From the IMG/VR virus record IMGVR_UViG_3300032332_000389, positions 1 through 44,576 of that record: DNA of 44,576 bases; one strand, 5' to 3'. This document shows positions 26,786-35,868 of this stretch, piece after piece. The first letter of the stretch is position 1. Each line of letters begins with the position of its first letter. This DNA is from a virus (lineage: Duplodnaviria > Caudoviricetes). Position numbers and translations under genes: made by a program. The notes under the pieces were generated by a model. The model searched no databases. It had not been told where the DNA came from and saw nothing but the letters and a program-made list of their open reading frames with translations.

Positions 26786-27370
26786 ATGAAAATCTACTCT
26801 ACCCGTGAGGAATGGTTGGTCGCAGCTATTGAGGAATTCCGCCCTCTGTTCGCTGCCTACGCCAGCCCCATTGCCGCCAAGGTGCGCGTCACCTGCGGCT
26901 TCCCTTCCAGCGCCAAGCGCAGCGGCGCAGTCGGCGAATGCTGGGCAGACACTGCCAGCGCTGACAAGTCAATGGAGATCCTGATCTCGCCCACAGTGGC
27001 AGACCCTATGCGAGTCGCTGACATTTTGGTGCATGAGTTGTGCCATACCGTGGCAGGGGCAATGAATCATGGAGTTAACTTCCGCAAGGCGGCGGACGCT
27101 ATGCACCTGATCCCTGCTGCGGGGAAAAAGGGTTACAAGGCTACCACTGGGGGGGATGCCTTCCGCTCCGCCTTTGGCGCGATCATCGATAGCCTTGGTG
27201 ACTACCCTCACGCCCAATTGTCGATGGCTACCCGCAAGACACAAGCCACTCGCATGCTGAAGGCGATCTGCCCCTCATGCGGGTACACCGTGAGACTGAC
27301 CAACAAATGGGCGGCTATGGGTCTGCCTTCCTGCCCCGTCGATGGCGACACCTTTAACCTTGGAGCGTAA
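26786..27370 (+). CDS. SprT-like zinc metalloprotease with C-terminal Zn ribbon
   Basis: ILVHELCH...HG..F; C-term CPSCGYTVR...P.CP; GGAG RBS. Confidence 0.8.
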   Translation: MKIYSTREEWLVAAIEEFRPLFAAYASPIAAKVRVTCGFPSSAKRSGAVGECWADTASADKSMEILISPTVADPMRVADILVHELCHTVAGAMNHGVNFRKAADAMHLIPAAGKKGYKATTGGDAFRSAFGAIIDSLGDYPHAQLSMATRKTQATRMLKAICPSCGYTVRLTNKWAAMGLPSCPVDGDTFNLGA

Positions 27371-27372
27371 TC

Positions 27373-28851
27373 ATGGCTAATGACTTAGAAATTGATATCA
27401 TGCAAACACCTATCAAGGTTGTGCATGGTGCGCTTAGACAATTCCATGCTGGTACACCGTGGGTAAGCAAGGCAGAGGCCGCCAAGGTCATGGCTTGGGA
27501 GATCCGAACCGGAGGCCCCTATACGCTGGCTGACATTCAAAATGCCACGCCTGTACCACTCCCGCTACCCGCTGCCGCCGCAGTCGTTGACTCAGTGCGC
27601 GATACCCTGCAAATTGAACAAGTGGTGAACCCCGTCCGCACTGTTGCTGACCGCGCAGACTCGCGCAGTCTAGACACTGCAAGCCGCCTGTCCCGCGCCG
27701 TGGATCGACTGGACGTGATCGAGCAAGGCCAGCCCGTGATCATTGAGGCCATTGAGGCGGTAGACAAGGCGCTGCGCGGTCTCGCGTTGAACGTTGACCG
27801 CATGGCGCAGATAGATCCAGCACTGGTGCAGGGTCAGGTTGCGGATGCCGTGCGTGATGCGTTTAAACCATTTGAGGCTGCGGTTGTGGCGGCTGGCGCT
27901 CAGACTGTGGTCGGGCAGATGGTGTCGGTCTCCAAGGTCAAGACCGTGCCTGTATCTCAGGCTTTCGGCGTGGCGGTGCATGATGCCAAGGGCCGCGAGA
28001 TGCTGGTCGATATCTATGACAATGCCGCCGCCCCTGCGGTTGATCCCTGCTTTGTGTGGACTGAGGGAATTCTGAAGCACCTGCTGCTCTCGCAGTCCAC
28101 TGGTGAAAACCTGTGGTTCGGCGGTGAAAAGGGTACAGGCAAGAGCGAGACCGTCCGCCAGTTCGCCGCTCGCACTGGTCGCGGGTATTGCCGAATCAAC
28201 TTCCATAAGTACACCACAAGCGAGGATTACATCGGCGCAGTGGGGCTGGACAATGGCGCTACCGTGTTCAAAGACGGTGACTTCCTGCAAGCTTTCACCA
28301 CTCCCGCTACCCTGATCCTGCTGGACGAGATCACCAATGCAGACCCCGCTGCACTCGCCACGTTGAACGGTTTTCTAGAGCCTAACAGTGCGGTGTCCTA
28401 TGGCGGTGCGGTTCGCCGCCGTGCGCCTAACGTGCTGGTGTTCGCCGCAGATAACACGCTGACCAACGGCGATGAGTCGGGCCGCTACGCTGGTACGCGC
28501 CAAATGAATAGCGCACTGGCTGATCGTTTCGCTCGCGTTGTAGCGTTTAAACATCTACCCTTGGCTGATGAGATCAACGCCGTGACTCGCCATACCGGAT
28601 GCACTGAGGCGCTGGCTGATCACGTTCTACGCGCAGTGCATGCATGCCGTGCAAAGGTGACTAGCGGTGACATCATCGACGCACCATCGATCAGGCAGGT
28701 GATGGCCTTTATCCGGTCAGTGGCAGTGCTAGGTGTCGATGAGGCTTGGGCTGCATCGATTGGACACCGCCAGCCTAGCGAGTCGGCGACTGCCATTGAG
28801 GCCATCAAGGCTACCTACATTTCCGATAGCTTTATCCACGCAAATATTTAA
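27373..28851 (+). CDS. MoxR/CobS-like AAA+ ATPase
   Basis: GEKGTGKS, LILLDEI, FAADNT, MNSALADRF, SIRQ sensor 2. Confidence 0.9.
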   Translation: MANDLEIDIMQTPIKVVHGALRQFHAGTPWVSKAEAAKVMAWEIRTGGPYTLADIQNATPVPLPLPAAAAVVDSVRDTLQIEQVVNPVRTVADRADSRSLDTASRLSRAVDRLDVIEQGQPVIIEAIEAVDKALRGLALNVDRMAQIDPALVQGQVADAVRDAFKPFEAAVVAAGAQTVVGQMVSVSKVKTVPVSQAFGVAVHDAKGREMLVDIYDNAAAPAVDPCFVWTEGILKHLLLSQSTGENLWFGGEKGTGKSETVRQFAARTGRGYCRINFHKYTTSEDYIGAVGLDNGATVFKDGDFLQAFTTPATLILLDEITNADPAALATLNGFLEPNSAVSYGGAVRRRAPNVLVFAADNTLTNGDESGRYAGTRQMNSALADRFARVVAFKHLPLADEINAVTRHTGCTEALADHVLRAVHACRAKVTSGDIIDAPSIRQVMAFIRSVAVLGVDEAWAASIGHRQPSESATAIEAIKATYISDSFIHANI

Positions 28852-28861
28852 GAGGATCACA

Positions 28862-30520
28862 ATGAAACGTTTAAACGGTATCCAATTCCGCTCCGGTGTC
28901 GATAAGGCAGTACATAAAATTGCCGCTGACCTTGGCGTGAAGGTGAAAATTGAGTGGACTCAGGGCATCACCACTGCTGCCATTAATTCATCTGGTGTCG
29001 TGCTGCTTGCTAATGTTGCTGATGATGCAGTCGTCACTGAGGCGCTGATCTGGAAATACGCTGGCTTTGTCCTGCACGAATTACTGCACCGCAAGTGGTC
29101 TGATTTCGGCGTGATTGAGTCTGTCACTGGCGACTTCTTGCGCCAATTGCACAATGGCGTCGAGGATTCATGGATTGAAAACCGCGCCGTGCGCGAGGGT
29201 CTTACTGGTAATGTCGAGCAACTGCTGACGGTGCTGGTCGATGGCATGGTCGATCAAGCAATGGTCAATGTCTCTGATTGGTCGGACACTCGCAAGTATC
29301 CCTTTTCGTTTGCCGTTAACCTGCGCTTGCATGGCAAGACCGTGCCTATCGCGCAGGGCCATGAGTGGATCCTGACTGAGGCGCAACAACGCATCACCGC
29401 ATGCAAAAATACATACGACACTCTCAAACTGGCTGAGTGGATCATGCTGCAACTGCAAGGCGGCAATAGCAGCAAGGGTAAAGACAAGGGCGACAAGGGT
29501 CAAGACAACGGTCAAGGCAAGGGCGACAAGGGTCAGGGCGGCAATGGGTCTGAGACCGATCAGAAGGGGTCAAATAGCGACGATAAGGGGCAGGGTAAGG
29601 GTAAGGGTGCGGGTCAGCCTAAAAAGCCCTCCACGGCTGGCCCTGCGAAGCCAGTAGCTGGCCCTAACGAACCAGCGAAGGAAGTCGAGCCAAGCTTAGA
29701 GTCTGATAGCAGCGCTCATAACGGTTCATATTCCAATGAGTCGGGCGTAGTTAATGCCAGCCGTCATACTAGTAAGACTAAACCTTGGGATCTTAGCGTT
29801 ACCGCTAACGCCCGTCTGCGCTATGAGGTAAAGCGCCTGTTTGAGAATACCGCCAATGATGAGTGGCAGGTCAACCGCCGTGCGGGGTCTCTCAATGTCC
29901 GCGCACTGCCTAAAGTTTCTACCAGTGACCGACTGTTTAAACGCCGCCTTGAATCCGAAGGGGTCGATAGCGCCGTGGTCGTGGTGCTGGACGTTTCCGG
30001 ATCTATGTTTGAAAATCAATATAAGCATGACCCCCAAGGCGTGAAGATACTTGACGACAAGGGAAATCCCTTGACCTATTTGTACATGGATTACGCCGTG
30101 AAGGCTACCGCTGCTTTGCTCGATACCCTGACCCGCGCTGGCGTTAAGGTCTCACTGCATGCATTCGGGTCGCGTACATCAGTGCTTAAGGGGTTTGATG
30201 AGACGCTGGTGCGCGGCCTGTCTAAGCTGGCCCATGTATCCAGTGGCGGCAACACCAACGACTATCAGGCGGTGCGCTATGCGCATGAAGTGCTGGCCTA
30301 CCGTTCTGAGGCGCGTAAAGCGGTATTCGTGATCACTGATGGAGTGGGCGATGCAAAGGCTACCCGCGCTCAGGTCGAATCAGGTGAGGCGCTAGGCATC
30401 AGCACCGTAGGTATCGGAATCGATATGGACGTTAAAGATATCTACCCTAAGTCGATCTGCATTAAGTCGGCTGAGGATATTGGGAATGCATCGTTTAAAC
30501 AAATCAAGCTTGCAGCTTAA
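28862..30520 (+). CDS. CobT-like HExxH metallopeptidase + vWA domain protein
   Basis: HELLH...NGVED.WIE; G/K/D linker; MIDAS LDVSGSM ... VITDG. Confidence 0.88.
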   Translation: MKRLNGIQFRSGVDKAVHKIAADLGVKVKIEWTQGITTAAINSSGVVLLANVADDAVVTEALIWKYAGFVLHELLHRKWSDFGVIESVTGDFLRQLHNGVEDSWIENRAVREGLTGNVEQLLTVLVDGMVDQAMVNVSDWSDTRKYPFSFAVNLRLHGKTVPIAQGHEWILTEAQQRITACKNTYDTLKLAEWIMLQLQGGNSSKGKDKGDKGQDNGQGKGDKGQGGNGSETDQKGSNSDDKGQGKGKGAGQPKKPSTAGPAKPVAGPNEPAKEVEPSLESDSSAHNGSYSNESGVVNASRHTSKTKPWDLSVTANARLRYEVKRLFENTANDEWQVNRRAGSLNVRALPKVSTSDRLFKRRLESEGVDSAVVVVLDVSGSMFENQYKHDPQGVKILDDKGNPLTYLYMDYAVKATAALLDTLTRAGVKVSLHAFGSRTSVLKGFDETLVRGLSKLAHVSSGGNTNDYQAVRYAHEVLAYRSEARKAVFVITDGVGDAKATRAQVESGEALGISTVGIGIDMDVKDIYPKSICIKSAEDIGNASFKQIKLAA

Positions 30521-30533
30521 CTGGAGAATGAAG

Positions 30534-30863
30534 ATGAAAACTATCAACCTGACAGGCGATGCCCTTGATTGGGCGGTTGACAAATCACTAAACCTAAACA
30601 CGCCGTACAACTCTTGGGGCCAAACAGGCAAAGTGCCGCTCTACTCAACCGACTGGTCGCAAGGCGGCCCGATTATTGAGCGCGAGGATATTGCGATTTG
30701 CCGCCTAGAAAATAGCGAATGGAGAGCGCAGTTGAATGTGGAAAGCTTTGGCCCATATTGCCGCCAATACGGCCCAACCCCACTGATAGCAGTCATGCGC
30801 TGCTATGTTGCCAGCAAGCTAGGTGATGACGTTGAAATACCGGAGGCACTATGCAACCAATGA
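30534..30863 (+). CDS. NinX/DUF2591-like protein
   Basis: 'LTG.ALDWAV...YSTDWSQGGPIIERE.I...GPTPLIA.MRC.VASKLG'. Confidence 0.75.
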   Translation: MKTINLTGDALDWAVDKSLNLNTPYNSWGQTGKVPLYSTDWSQGGPIIEREDIAICRLENSEWRAQLNVESFGPYCRQYGPTPLIAVMRCYVASKLGDDVEIPEALCNQ

Positions 30864-31066
30864 ATGCTAAGACTATCGACTCCGCTCGGGCCAAGCTGGA
30901 CATCATTACCAGCATGGCAGGGCCTGACCCTGATATGGCCCTTGCCGTCCTATCGTATGCGCTGATGCATGTAGCCCATGACAACAGGGTGATGTTTGCA
31001 TCGGTAATTCAGAATCTATCGATCCTTGAAATCATGTTCCATATGGAGGCTGGTCATGCAGAATGA
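30860..31066 (+). CDS. Hypothetical protein
   Basis: ATGA overlap; operonic. Confidence 0.65.
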   Translation: MNAKTIDSARAKLDIITSMAGPDPDMALAVLSYALMHVAHDNRVMFASVIQNLSILEIMFHMEAGHAE

Positions 31067-31151
31067 AACCAGTACCCGAGAGGCTTTAGGCTGGCTGGCG
31101 GTCTGCCTGATCTGTTTGTGCGTTGTAATCAATTGGGGGTCTTATGTCTGA
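31056..31151 (+). CDS. Tiny membrane peptide (31 aa)
   Basis: Hand-translated MQNETSTREALGWLAVCLICLCVVINWGSYV; GGAGG RBS; fills the gap. Confidence 0.5.
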   Translation: MQNETSTREALGWLAVCLICLCVVINWGSYV

Positions 31152-31374
31152 CTGGTACACCACTCACACTAGGGTTTGGACGCATACCGCGCTTGGGGAA
31201 ACACAAATAGCGGACTGTACCAATAAGAATCTGCCCACTGCTGATCAGCGTTTAAACGCACGAATGTGTGCGGCCTCACCTGCACTGATGGAATTACTAG
31301 AGTCGATACCTTACCTAGAGCCTGACCATCTCAATACCCTGATAAGCATACGCAAGTATGTTTACCAAGGTTAG
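31144..31374 (+). CDS. Hypothetical protein
   Basis: 'NAR..AASP.LME.LE' motif common in phage early genes. Confidence 0.7.
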   Translation: MSDWYTTHTRVWTHTALGETQIADCTNKNLPTADQRLNARMCAASPALMELLESIPYLEPDHLNTLISIRKYVYQG

Positions 31375-31573
31375 GGTGCTGGACTGTCCCTATGCGCGGT
31401 CTGCTGCCCCCCAATGCCCCCTGCTGGTCGAGTTGGTCAACTCACCGCCAGCGCGGGGAAAGTACATCTATTGGGACAGGGGATGGCAGATAGCAAGGAT
31501 GCAGTCGGGCCAGCCATACAGGCTAGGTCGGCATGACAGTTTTTTTAGAGCAATTTTTAACGCAAAAGGATAA
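31358..31573 (+). CDS. Hypothetical protein
   Basis: Operonic ORF. Confidence 0.55.
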   Translation: MFTKVRVLDCPYARSAAPQCPLLVELVNSPPARGKYIYWDRGWQIARMQSGQPYRLGRHDSFFRAIFNAKG

Positions 31574-31575
31574 AT

Positions 31576-31815
31576 ATGGCAAAGTTAACTATGAAACAAA
31601 AAATAGCTGGCGCGGTCAATGTGTATGCCGTCAAGGTGACGGTGTATGTCCACCACCAGTCGGAGGCAGAGGCGCAAAGCTATGTGCTGGACGCGCTGGC
31701 AGATTGGAACGGCGGCAATGGTAGGGTTATCCCTGCCTATCATTGCCACTCAGTGGAGGAATCCCCTATGCGGTTCCCGCTGGAAGTAACCTATCCGGAA
31801 GAGATCGAAACATAG
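31576..31815 (+). CDS. Hypothetical protein
   Basis: RBS AAGGA; last gene before the terminator. Confidence 0.7.
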   Translation: MAKLTMKQKIAGAVNVYAVKVTVYVHHQSEAEAQSYVLDALADWNGGNGRVIPAYHCHSVEESPMRFPLEVTYPEEIET

Positions 31816-31830
31816 CAGGGATGCAAAATA

Positions 31831-31854
31831 ATAAAGGGGCTTCGGCCCCTTTAT
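31831..31854. terminator. Bidirectional rho-independent terminator
   Basis: ATAAAGGGGC-TTCG-GCCCCTTTAT between convergent operons. Confidence 0.85.
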
Positions 31855-31931
31855 CTGTTTAAACGATTGATACGCCTGATACGCCTGAAACGTCAGTGAT
31901 TAAAAACTAAACATGTACAGTCGTTTAAACG

Positions 31932-33617
31932 CTAAAACATATCTAGGTTTTCACTGTACGTCCCTGACGTTGTATTGAATAGCAGGGTTGTCTCGCCCTG
32001 AGTGCCAACCCAACGGTGACGGCATTTCCATACCGCCATCTCTACAAAGCCTTCCTTCCTGTGGATCGTGATGCCGCAGTCGGTCTTGGCCCACCACGCC
32101 ATCGATCCGCTGATGCTCATGCCGTCCGGTCTCGGTTGCTCCATGCCTGTACGGTTGACCTTGGCGGGGTGAGCAACAAACCAGCAATGTAAATCGTGTG
32201 CCTTCACAAAACGCTGCACCTTGGTGAGCATGTCTGAGATGGCCTCAGTCTCAGTCGAGTTGCGGGTCAGATCTAAAAAGTTGTAGGGGTCGATCACCAA
32301 CCCCCGCACTCCCATACGCTTTATTGCCACCTTGGCGCGGGTCAGGATCGACTCAAGGGTCGAGGGTTCATCCCCATTGGTATCAATGAATAGAAAATGG
32401 TCGTTGACCCATTTAAACGCTTCATCCTTTTCCTGATCGTTCATTCTGTTTTTACCGTCAAAGAACCGCTTCCTAGTGTAGATCTCCATCAGTCGGGTAA
32501 TGTGGATCTCAGGCTGATTCTCAAAAGAACAGATGGCAAACTTCCAGTCATCATCACGGGCTAGGTTAACGGTGATCTGATCCACGAAGTTGGACTTACC
32601 GGACGATGGGTAGCCAGTGACCACTGTTAGCTGGGCAGGGGCCACCGTGTAAATGTCATCGATGGACTTAAAGCCGGTGCTGAATCCTTTCCCAGTACCG
32701 CGTGCGTACAGGTCGTTTAAACGATCCTTGTAGGTCGTCGCTTCGGATAGGCCAGCAATCGGGTACGCCACCGCCGCATCCAGTATCTCCCTTATATGCG
32801 TTGAGGGGTCGTTCGTTGAGGGGTCGTTAAGAAAAATTTCGTTGAGGTCTTTTGCGGCGAACTTAGCTAATCTGCATTTCTCTTTACCTATCCGTCGGGC
32901 TAACTCCTCTGCCAATGCTTGGCCCGGCGTGTCTTGGTCTGTGGCTAGGATTACATAGGGTGCTGCGTCTAAATACTCTACTGCGCTCCATACATAGCTG
33001 AACCGCTTGTCTTCGCTTGGCAGAACTTTACCGTCTGCAACCTTGATGGGAGCGCCGCTCGGCACTGACACCACGTTCTCTATTCCTGCCTCCATCAATG
33101 TGAGGCAATCAATCTCACCTTCTACGATGATGATGGGCTTACCCTTCTCAAGCTGGTCGAGGCCAAAGAAATCATGCGCTCCACCTGTATCTTGTGTAAA
33201 CGCTTTATCTGGGAAGCTTCGATATTTAACAGCAACCAATGCACCGTTGCGGTAATAAGGAAACGCTATGGCATCGGAGTGGCGGTCAAGTTTGGGAAAG
33301 AATTTATCTGCGCCGAATAGCCGCATGCGGTCTGCGGTTGGTTTAGATATGCCCCGCGACAGAAGGTAGTCGTAGTGAAAGGGCTGAAGGACTTGGTTTT
33401 CTATTTTGAGGACAGGGACGGCTGACAATTTTATCTCCTTGGGTTGTATTGATCCACTTGCAGAACAGTGATGACAGTGATACACAACCGCGCCGTCAGG
33501 CTTGCGTGTCAGGGTCATATCTTTTATGTTTTGTTTCTTGCGCTCGTTTGAACAGTAGGGGCAAGCAATCCTACCGGTCTGGTCAAAGCCAGACCTTTCT
33601 ATCATGGCTTCGATCAT
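31932..33617 (-). CDS. T7 gp4/Twinkle-like primase-helicase
   Basis: Zn finger CPYC..CHHC, TOPRIM VEGEID..ATDQD.PG, Walker A GYPSSGKS, LVIDPYN, VAHP. Confidence 0.93.
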   Translation of the reverse strand: MIEAMIERSGFDQTGRIACPYCSNERKKQNIKDMTLTRKPDGAVVYHCHHCSASGSIQPKEIKLSAVPVLKIENQVLQPFHYDYLLSRGISKPTADRMRLFGADKFFPKLDRHSDAIAFPYYRNGALVAVKYRSFPDKAFTQDTGGAHDFFGLDQLEKGKPIIIVEGEIDCLTLMEAGIENVVSVPSGAPIKVADGKVLPSEDKRFSYVWSAVEYLDAAPYVILATDQDTPGQALAEELARRIGKEKCRLAKFAAKDLNEIFLNDPSTNDPSTHIREILDAAVAYPIAGLSEATTYKDRLNDLYARGTGKGFSTGFKSIDDIYTVAPAQLTVVTGYPSSGKSNFVDQITVNLARDDDWKFAICSFENQPEIHITRLMEIYTRKRFFDGKNRMNDQEKDEAFKWVNDHFLFIDTNGDEPSTLESILTRAKVAIKRMGVRGLVIDPYNFLDLTRNSTETEAISDMLTKVQRFVKAHDLHCWFVAHPAKVNRTGMEQPRPDGMSISGSMAWWAKTDCGITIHRKEGFVEMAVWKCRHRWVGTQGETTLLFNTTSGTYSENLDMF

Positions 33618-33922
33618 GCTTCCGACAGATGTCCATATCGGTTTAAGAATGTAACCACCCACTCACCATCCTTGAGGCTATACACATTTATCAAGCTTTT
33701 AGCCTCGTACACTTTTATCTGTTGCACATATTCATCTACTAATTTACAGTAAGCAATTGCACCAGTCATGTCCGTGCAGTTATACATTGGCAAGCGCAGA
33801 ACCGCCGTCTGATTTCCAAAAAAATAAGTGAAGCTATCTATATCACATTGCAGCAAGCCCTCTTTATCCTCACGATGAGATTTCATCTTCTTGTTAATTT
33901 GTAAATTCATTTCGCTAATCAT
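33614..33922 (-). CDS. Hypothetical protein
   Basis: ATGA overlaps at both ends. Confidence 0.7.
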   Translation of the reverse strand: MISEMNLQINKKMKSHREDKEGLLQCDIDSFTYFFGNQTAVLRLPMYNCTDMTGAIAYCKLVDEYVQQIKVYEAKSLINVYSLKDGEWVVTFLNRYGHLSEA

Positions 33923-34158
33923 TTCATGCTCCCATCTTTGTTGCGTTTAAATGAACGGTTCTTTGACGGGGCTTGCAACTTGACCCCGTCGGAATTAGAA
34001 CCACCCTTGCTCAAGGCTTTGACATGGGCTACATCTTTACCTTTGCGGGAAACTCCCTCTGCGTCGAGTTTCCTACGCGCTCGTTGTCTCTCCATCCTGT
34101 CGGGGTGTTCACCTCTTGCAACCTGTGTTTTGTATTCTTGTTTGAAATCGCGTGGCAT
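33919..34158 (-). CDS. Small basic HNH-like protein
   Basis: 'R..R.RARR.L......GKDVAH.K.LSKGGSN........S.NRS'; AGGAG RBS. Confidence 0.7.
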   Translation of the reverse strand: MPRDFKQEYKTQVARGEHPDRMERQRARRKLDAEGVSRKGKDVAHVKALSKGGSNSDGVKLQAPSKNRSFKRNKDGSMK

Positions 34159-34166
34159 AGCTACTC

Positions 34167-34601
34167 CTAAATTTTTTTAAACTTGTTTACATCCAACAGG
34201 ACACAAGGCTCAATGTCTTGCCAGTCATCTCTGTCTTTTCTGCCCCTGACCAATACATTATCGGGATGAAAAAATCCGGTACGGAATTCTGCATAATAAA
34301 CAGCATCGGTTGTTTTAACAACAAGAAAAAATGGCAGACCAGAAGACTCGGTTATTTGCTTTGCAGCCATCCATTTGCCAAGGCTTAACAGGTAACCCCC
34401 GAACTGGTCAATCTCTGCCATCGTATAGTTTCTAGTCTTAACCTCGCAGAAGGCAAGAGCCTTGTCATCTCTGGTAAGAACATAGTCCAGACTGTACTTG
34501 ATGGACAACTTCACCGCCTTGCATTTCCACGCAGACTCGACCAAGGCTATGACCTTGGACTCTCTGGCTAAGTCATCCTCTGATTCATATAACTCTCTCA
34601 T
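34167..34601 (-). CDS. PD-(D/E)XK nuclease-like protein
   Basis: 'LDY......FCEVKTR' catalytic pattern. Confidence 0.65.
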   Translation of the reverse strand: MRELYESEDDLARESKVIALVESAWKCKAVKLSIKYSLDYVLTRDDKALAFCEVKTRNYTMAEIDQFGGYLLSLGKWMAAKQITESSGLPFFLVVKTTDAVYYAEFRTGFFHPDNVLVRGRKDRDDWQDIEPCVLLDVNKFKKI

Positions 34602-34856
34602 CCTGTTCCTTTCGCCCCGCTAAAGCAGGGCTTATTAAATTTCACCCAAAGACCCCCCTTCCCCACTGAAGGAGAAGGAAGGAATGGTTTCACCGCCTCT
34701 CGGCATCTGCATGGCTGTTATGCCCCCTGTGCTTGCAGCTTAGACCAGCACCACGGATTGTTGGGAGTAGTTGCTCCGCGCCATAACGCTTACCGTGTAC
34801 CCTTTTCTTCCACGCCGTCAGGTTAACGCTTGCTATCGTGTGGAGTACGGAAGCAC

Positions 34857-34958
34857 AAATGCAAAAAGCCGTTACAACTGCATTCGGGTAGCACCCCCTG
34901 AGAATTCCCAGAGGCCAGAACGCATGTGTAACGGCTTTCAACTGTTGTGTGCTACGAC
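34857..34958 (-). ncRNA. C4/P4-CI-like antisense/attenuator RNA
   Basis: Upstream GTAGCAC is complementary to GTGCTAC inside the long stem AAAGCCGTTACA...TGTAACGGCTTT, followed by a T run. Confidence 0.55.
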
Positions 34959-34968
34959 AACTGTTCGC

Positions 34969-34997
34969 ACTGTATCACAGAATGATACGGGGTGCAA
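34969..34997 (-). promoter_or_regulatory. Sigma70 promoter with overlapping palindromic operator
   Basis: TTGCAC-N17-TACAGT; GTATCA-N5-TGATAC at 34972-34988. Confidence 0.6.
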
Positions 34998-35015
34998 CAA
35001 CTTTACAAAAAAATA

Positions 35016-35179
35016 TTGGTACTCGCTGCACTATGGGCCGCATGGGTTCAAGACTCAATTGTTTTAAACCATAGCATCCGCTTTCCCAACACGGCTGGGG
35101 ACTGTTCTTGATGGGCTTACCGAATCGAACGGACTAGCGTCAAGTCGCTTAACCTTGCCCACAATCCCCATGCGTGTTG
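35016..35179 (-). ncRNA. Two adjacent long imperfect stem-loops (putative structured RNA)
   Basis: 35016-35036 pairs with 35069-35089; 35087-35105 pairs with 35161-35179. Confidence 0.5.
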
Positions 35180-35416
35180 AACGCAAGGCTATTTTCCCCT
35201 TGGTCGGCCCTCCGGAAAAGCCTAGTTGTGCAGGAACTGCACGGGTACGATCATGTCGCGCAGAAACAAGTGTACAAGAAAAACAGGTATTCCACATAGG
35301 TGTTTTCCCTAATATGTTTAAATGCACAAGCTCACCCGGTGAGCCTGCCGGGTGTATACTGGCCTTGCATGTTTACATGCGTTCTCCTTGTCTCCTATCC
35401 CCATCCAGCAGGGGAT

Positions 35417-35809
35417 TTAGCCCCGCTTCTTGGTGGGGCTTTTTTTTGGAGCAATCTCGGGAATGCACTCAATGGTGATGTCACTTCTGGGACATTTCGG
35501 ATCAAGATGCCAGTAGGTATGCCTCTCCTTAACCTGTCTGTCGTTTGCGTAGATGCAGCCCTGCATCAGGTCTAAGATTAAGCTTTCATCTAAGTCAGGT
35601 CTGCGTGATGCGTAATAGATATGCATGGTTACACGCAGATCCCCCTCCATAAGGACTGGAAGGACGGGGCATTGCTGCAAAAAAACATCGCTATAGGACA
35701 AAGCCTTTGCGGATTTGATCAGGCGAGACATGCCCCCGTACCTCACAACACGCCTTGAATTTGCCTTACTGGCAGGCTCCCCAAAAATATTTATTGATAG
35801 TGCTTGCAT
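35417..35809 (-). CDS. rusA: RusA-like Holliday junction resolvase
   Basis: 'G.P.SK.N...RRPDLD...ILD.MQG.IY.NDRQV......D...PR..I.I'; start re-set to MQALSI. Confidence 0.8.
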   Translation of the reverse strand: MQALSINIFGEPASKANSRRVVRYGGMSRLIKSAKALSYSDVFLQQCPVLPVLMEGDLRVTMHIYYASRRPDLDESLILDLMQGCIYANDRQVKERHTYWHLDPKCPRSDITIECIPEIAPKKSPTKKRG

Positions 35810-35832
35810 TTTTGGTGTAACATCACTATCAT
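35804..35832 (+). promoter_or_regulatory. Sigma70 promoter for the recombination operon
   Basis: TTGCAT-N17-TATCAT, bracketed by the TGATAGTG/CACTATCA inverted repeat. Confidence 0.6.
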
Positions 35833-35868
35833 TCGTTGCAGGGATCATAAAAACCTTTTGGAGATGAG

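Noticed and set aside
29587-29613. G-quadruplex/KOPS-like GGGCAGGGTAAGGGTAAGGG in the vWA gene
   Set aside because: Adequately explained by the Gly/Lys low-complexity linker; single instance.
27373-30520. Cobalamin biosynthesis (cobS/cobT) auxiliary metabolic genes
   Set aside because: Only generic MoxR AAA+/vWA features; no cobN or other cob genes in the window.
35110-35165. tRNA gene
   Set aside because: T-loop- and D-loop-like parts only; no 7-bp acceptor stem, proper anticodon arm or CCA.
34690-35575. ORFs 34690-34941, 34771-35067, 35064-35327, 35155-35478, 35300-35575
   Set aside because: Overlap promoters and stem-loop elements, lack clear RBS and protein-like composition; the region is better read as non-coding.
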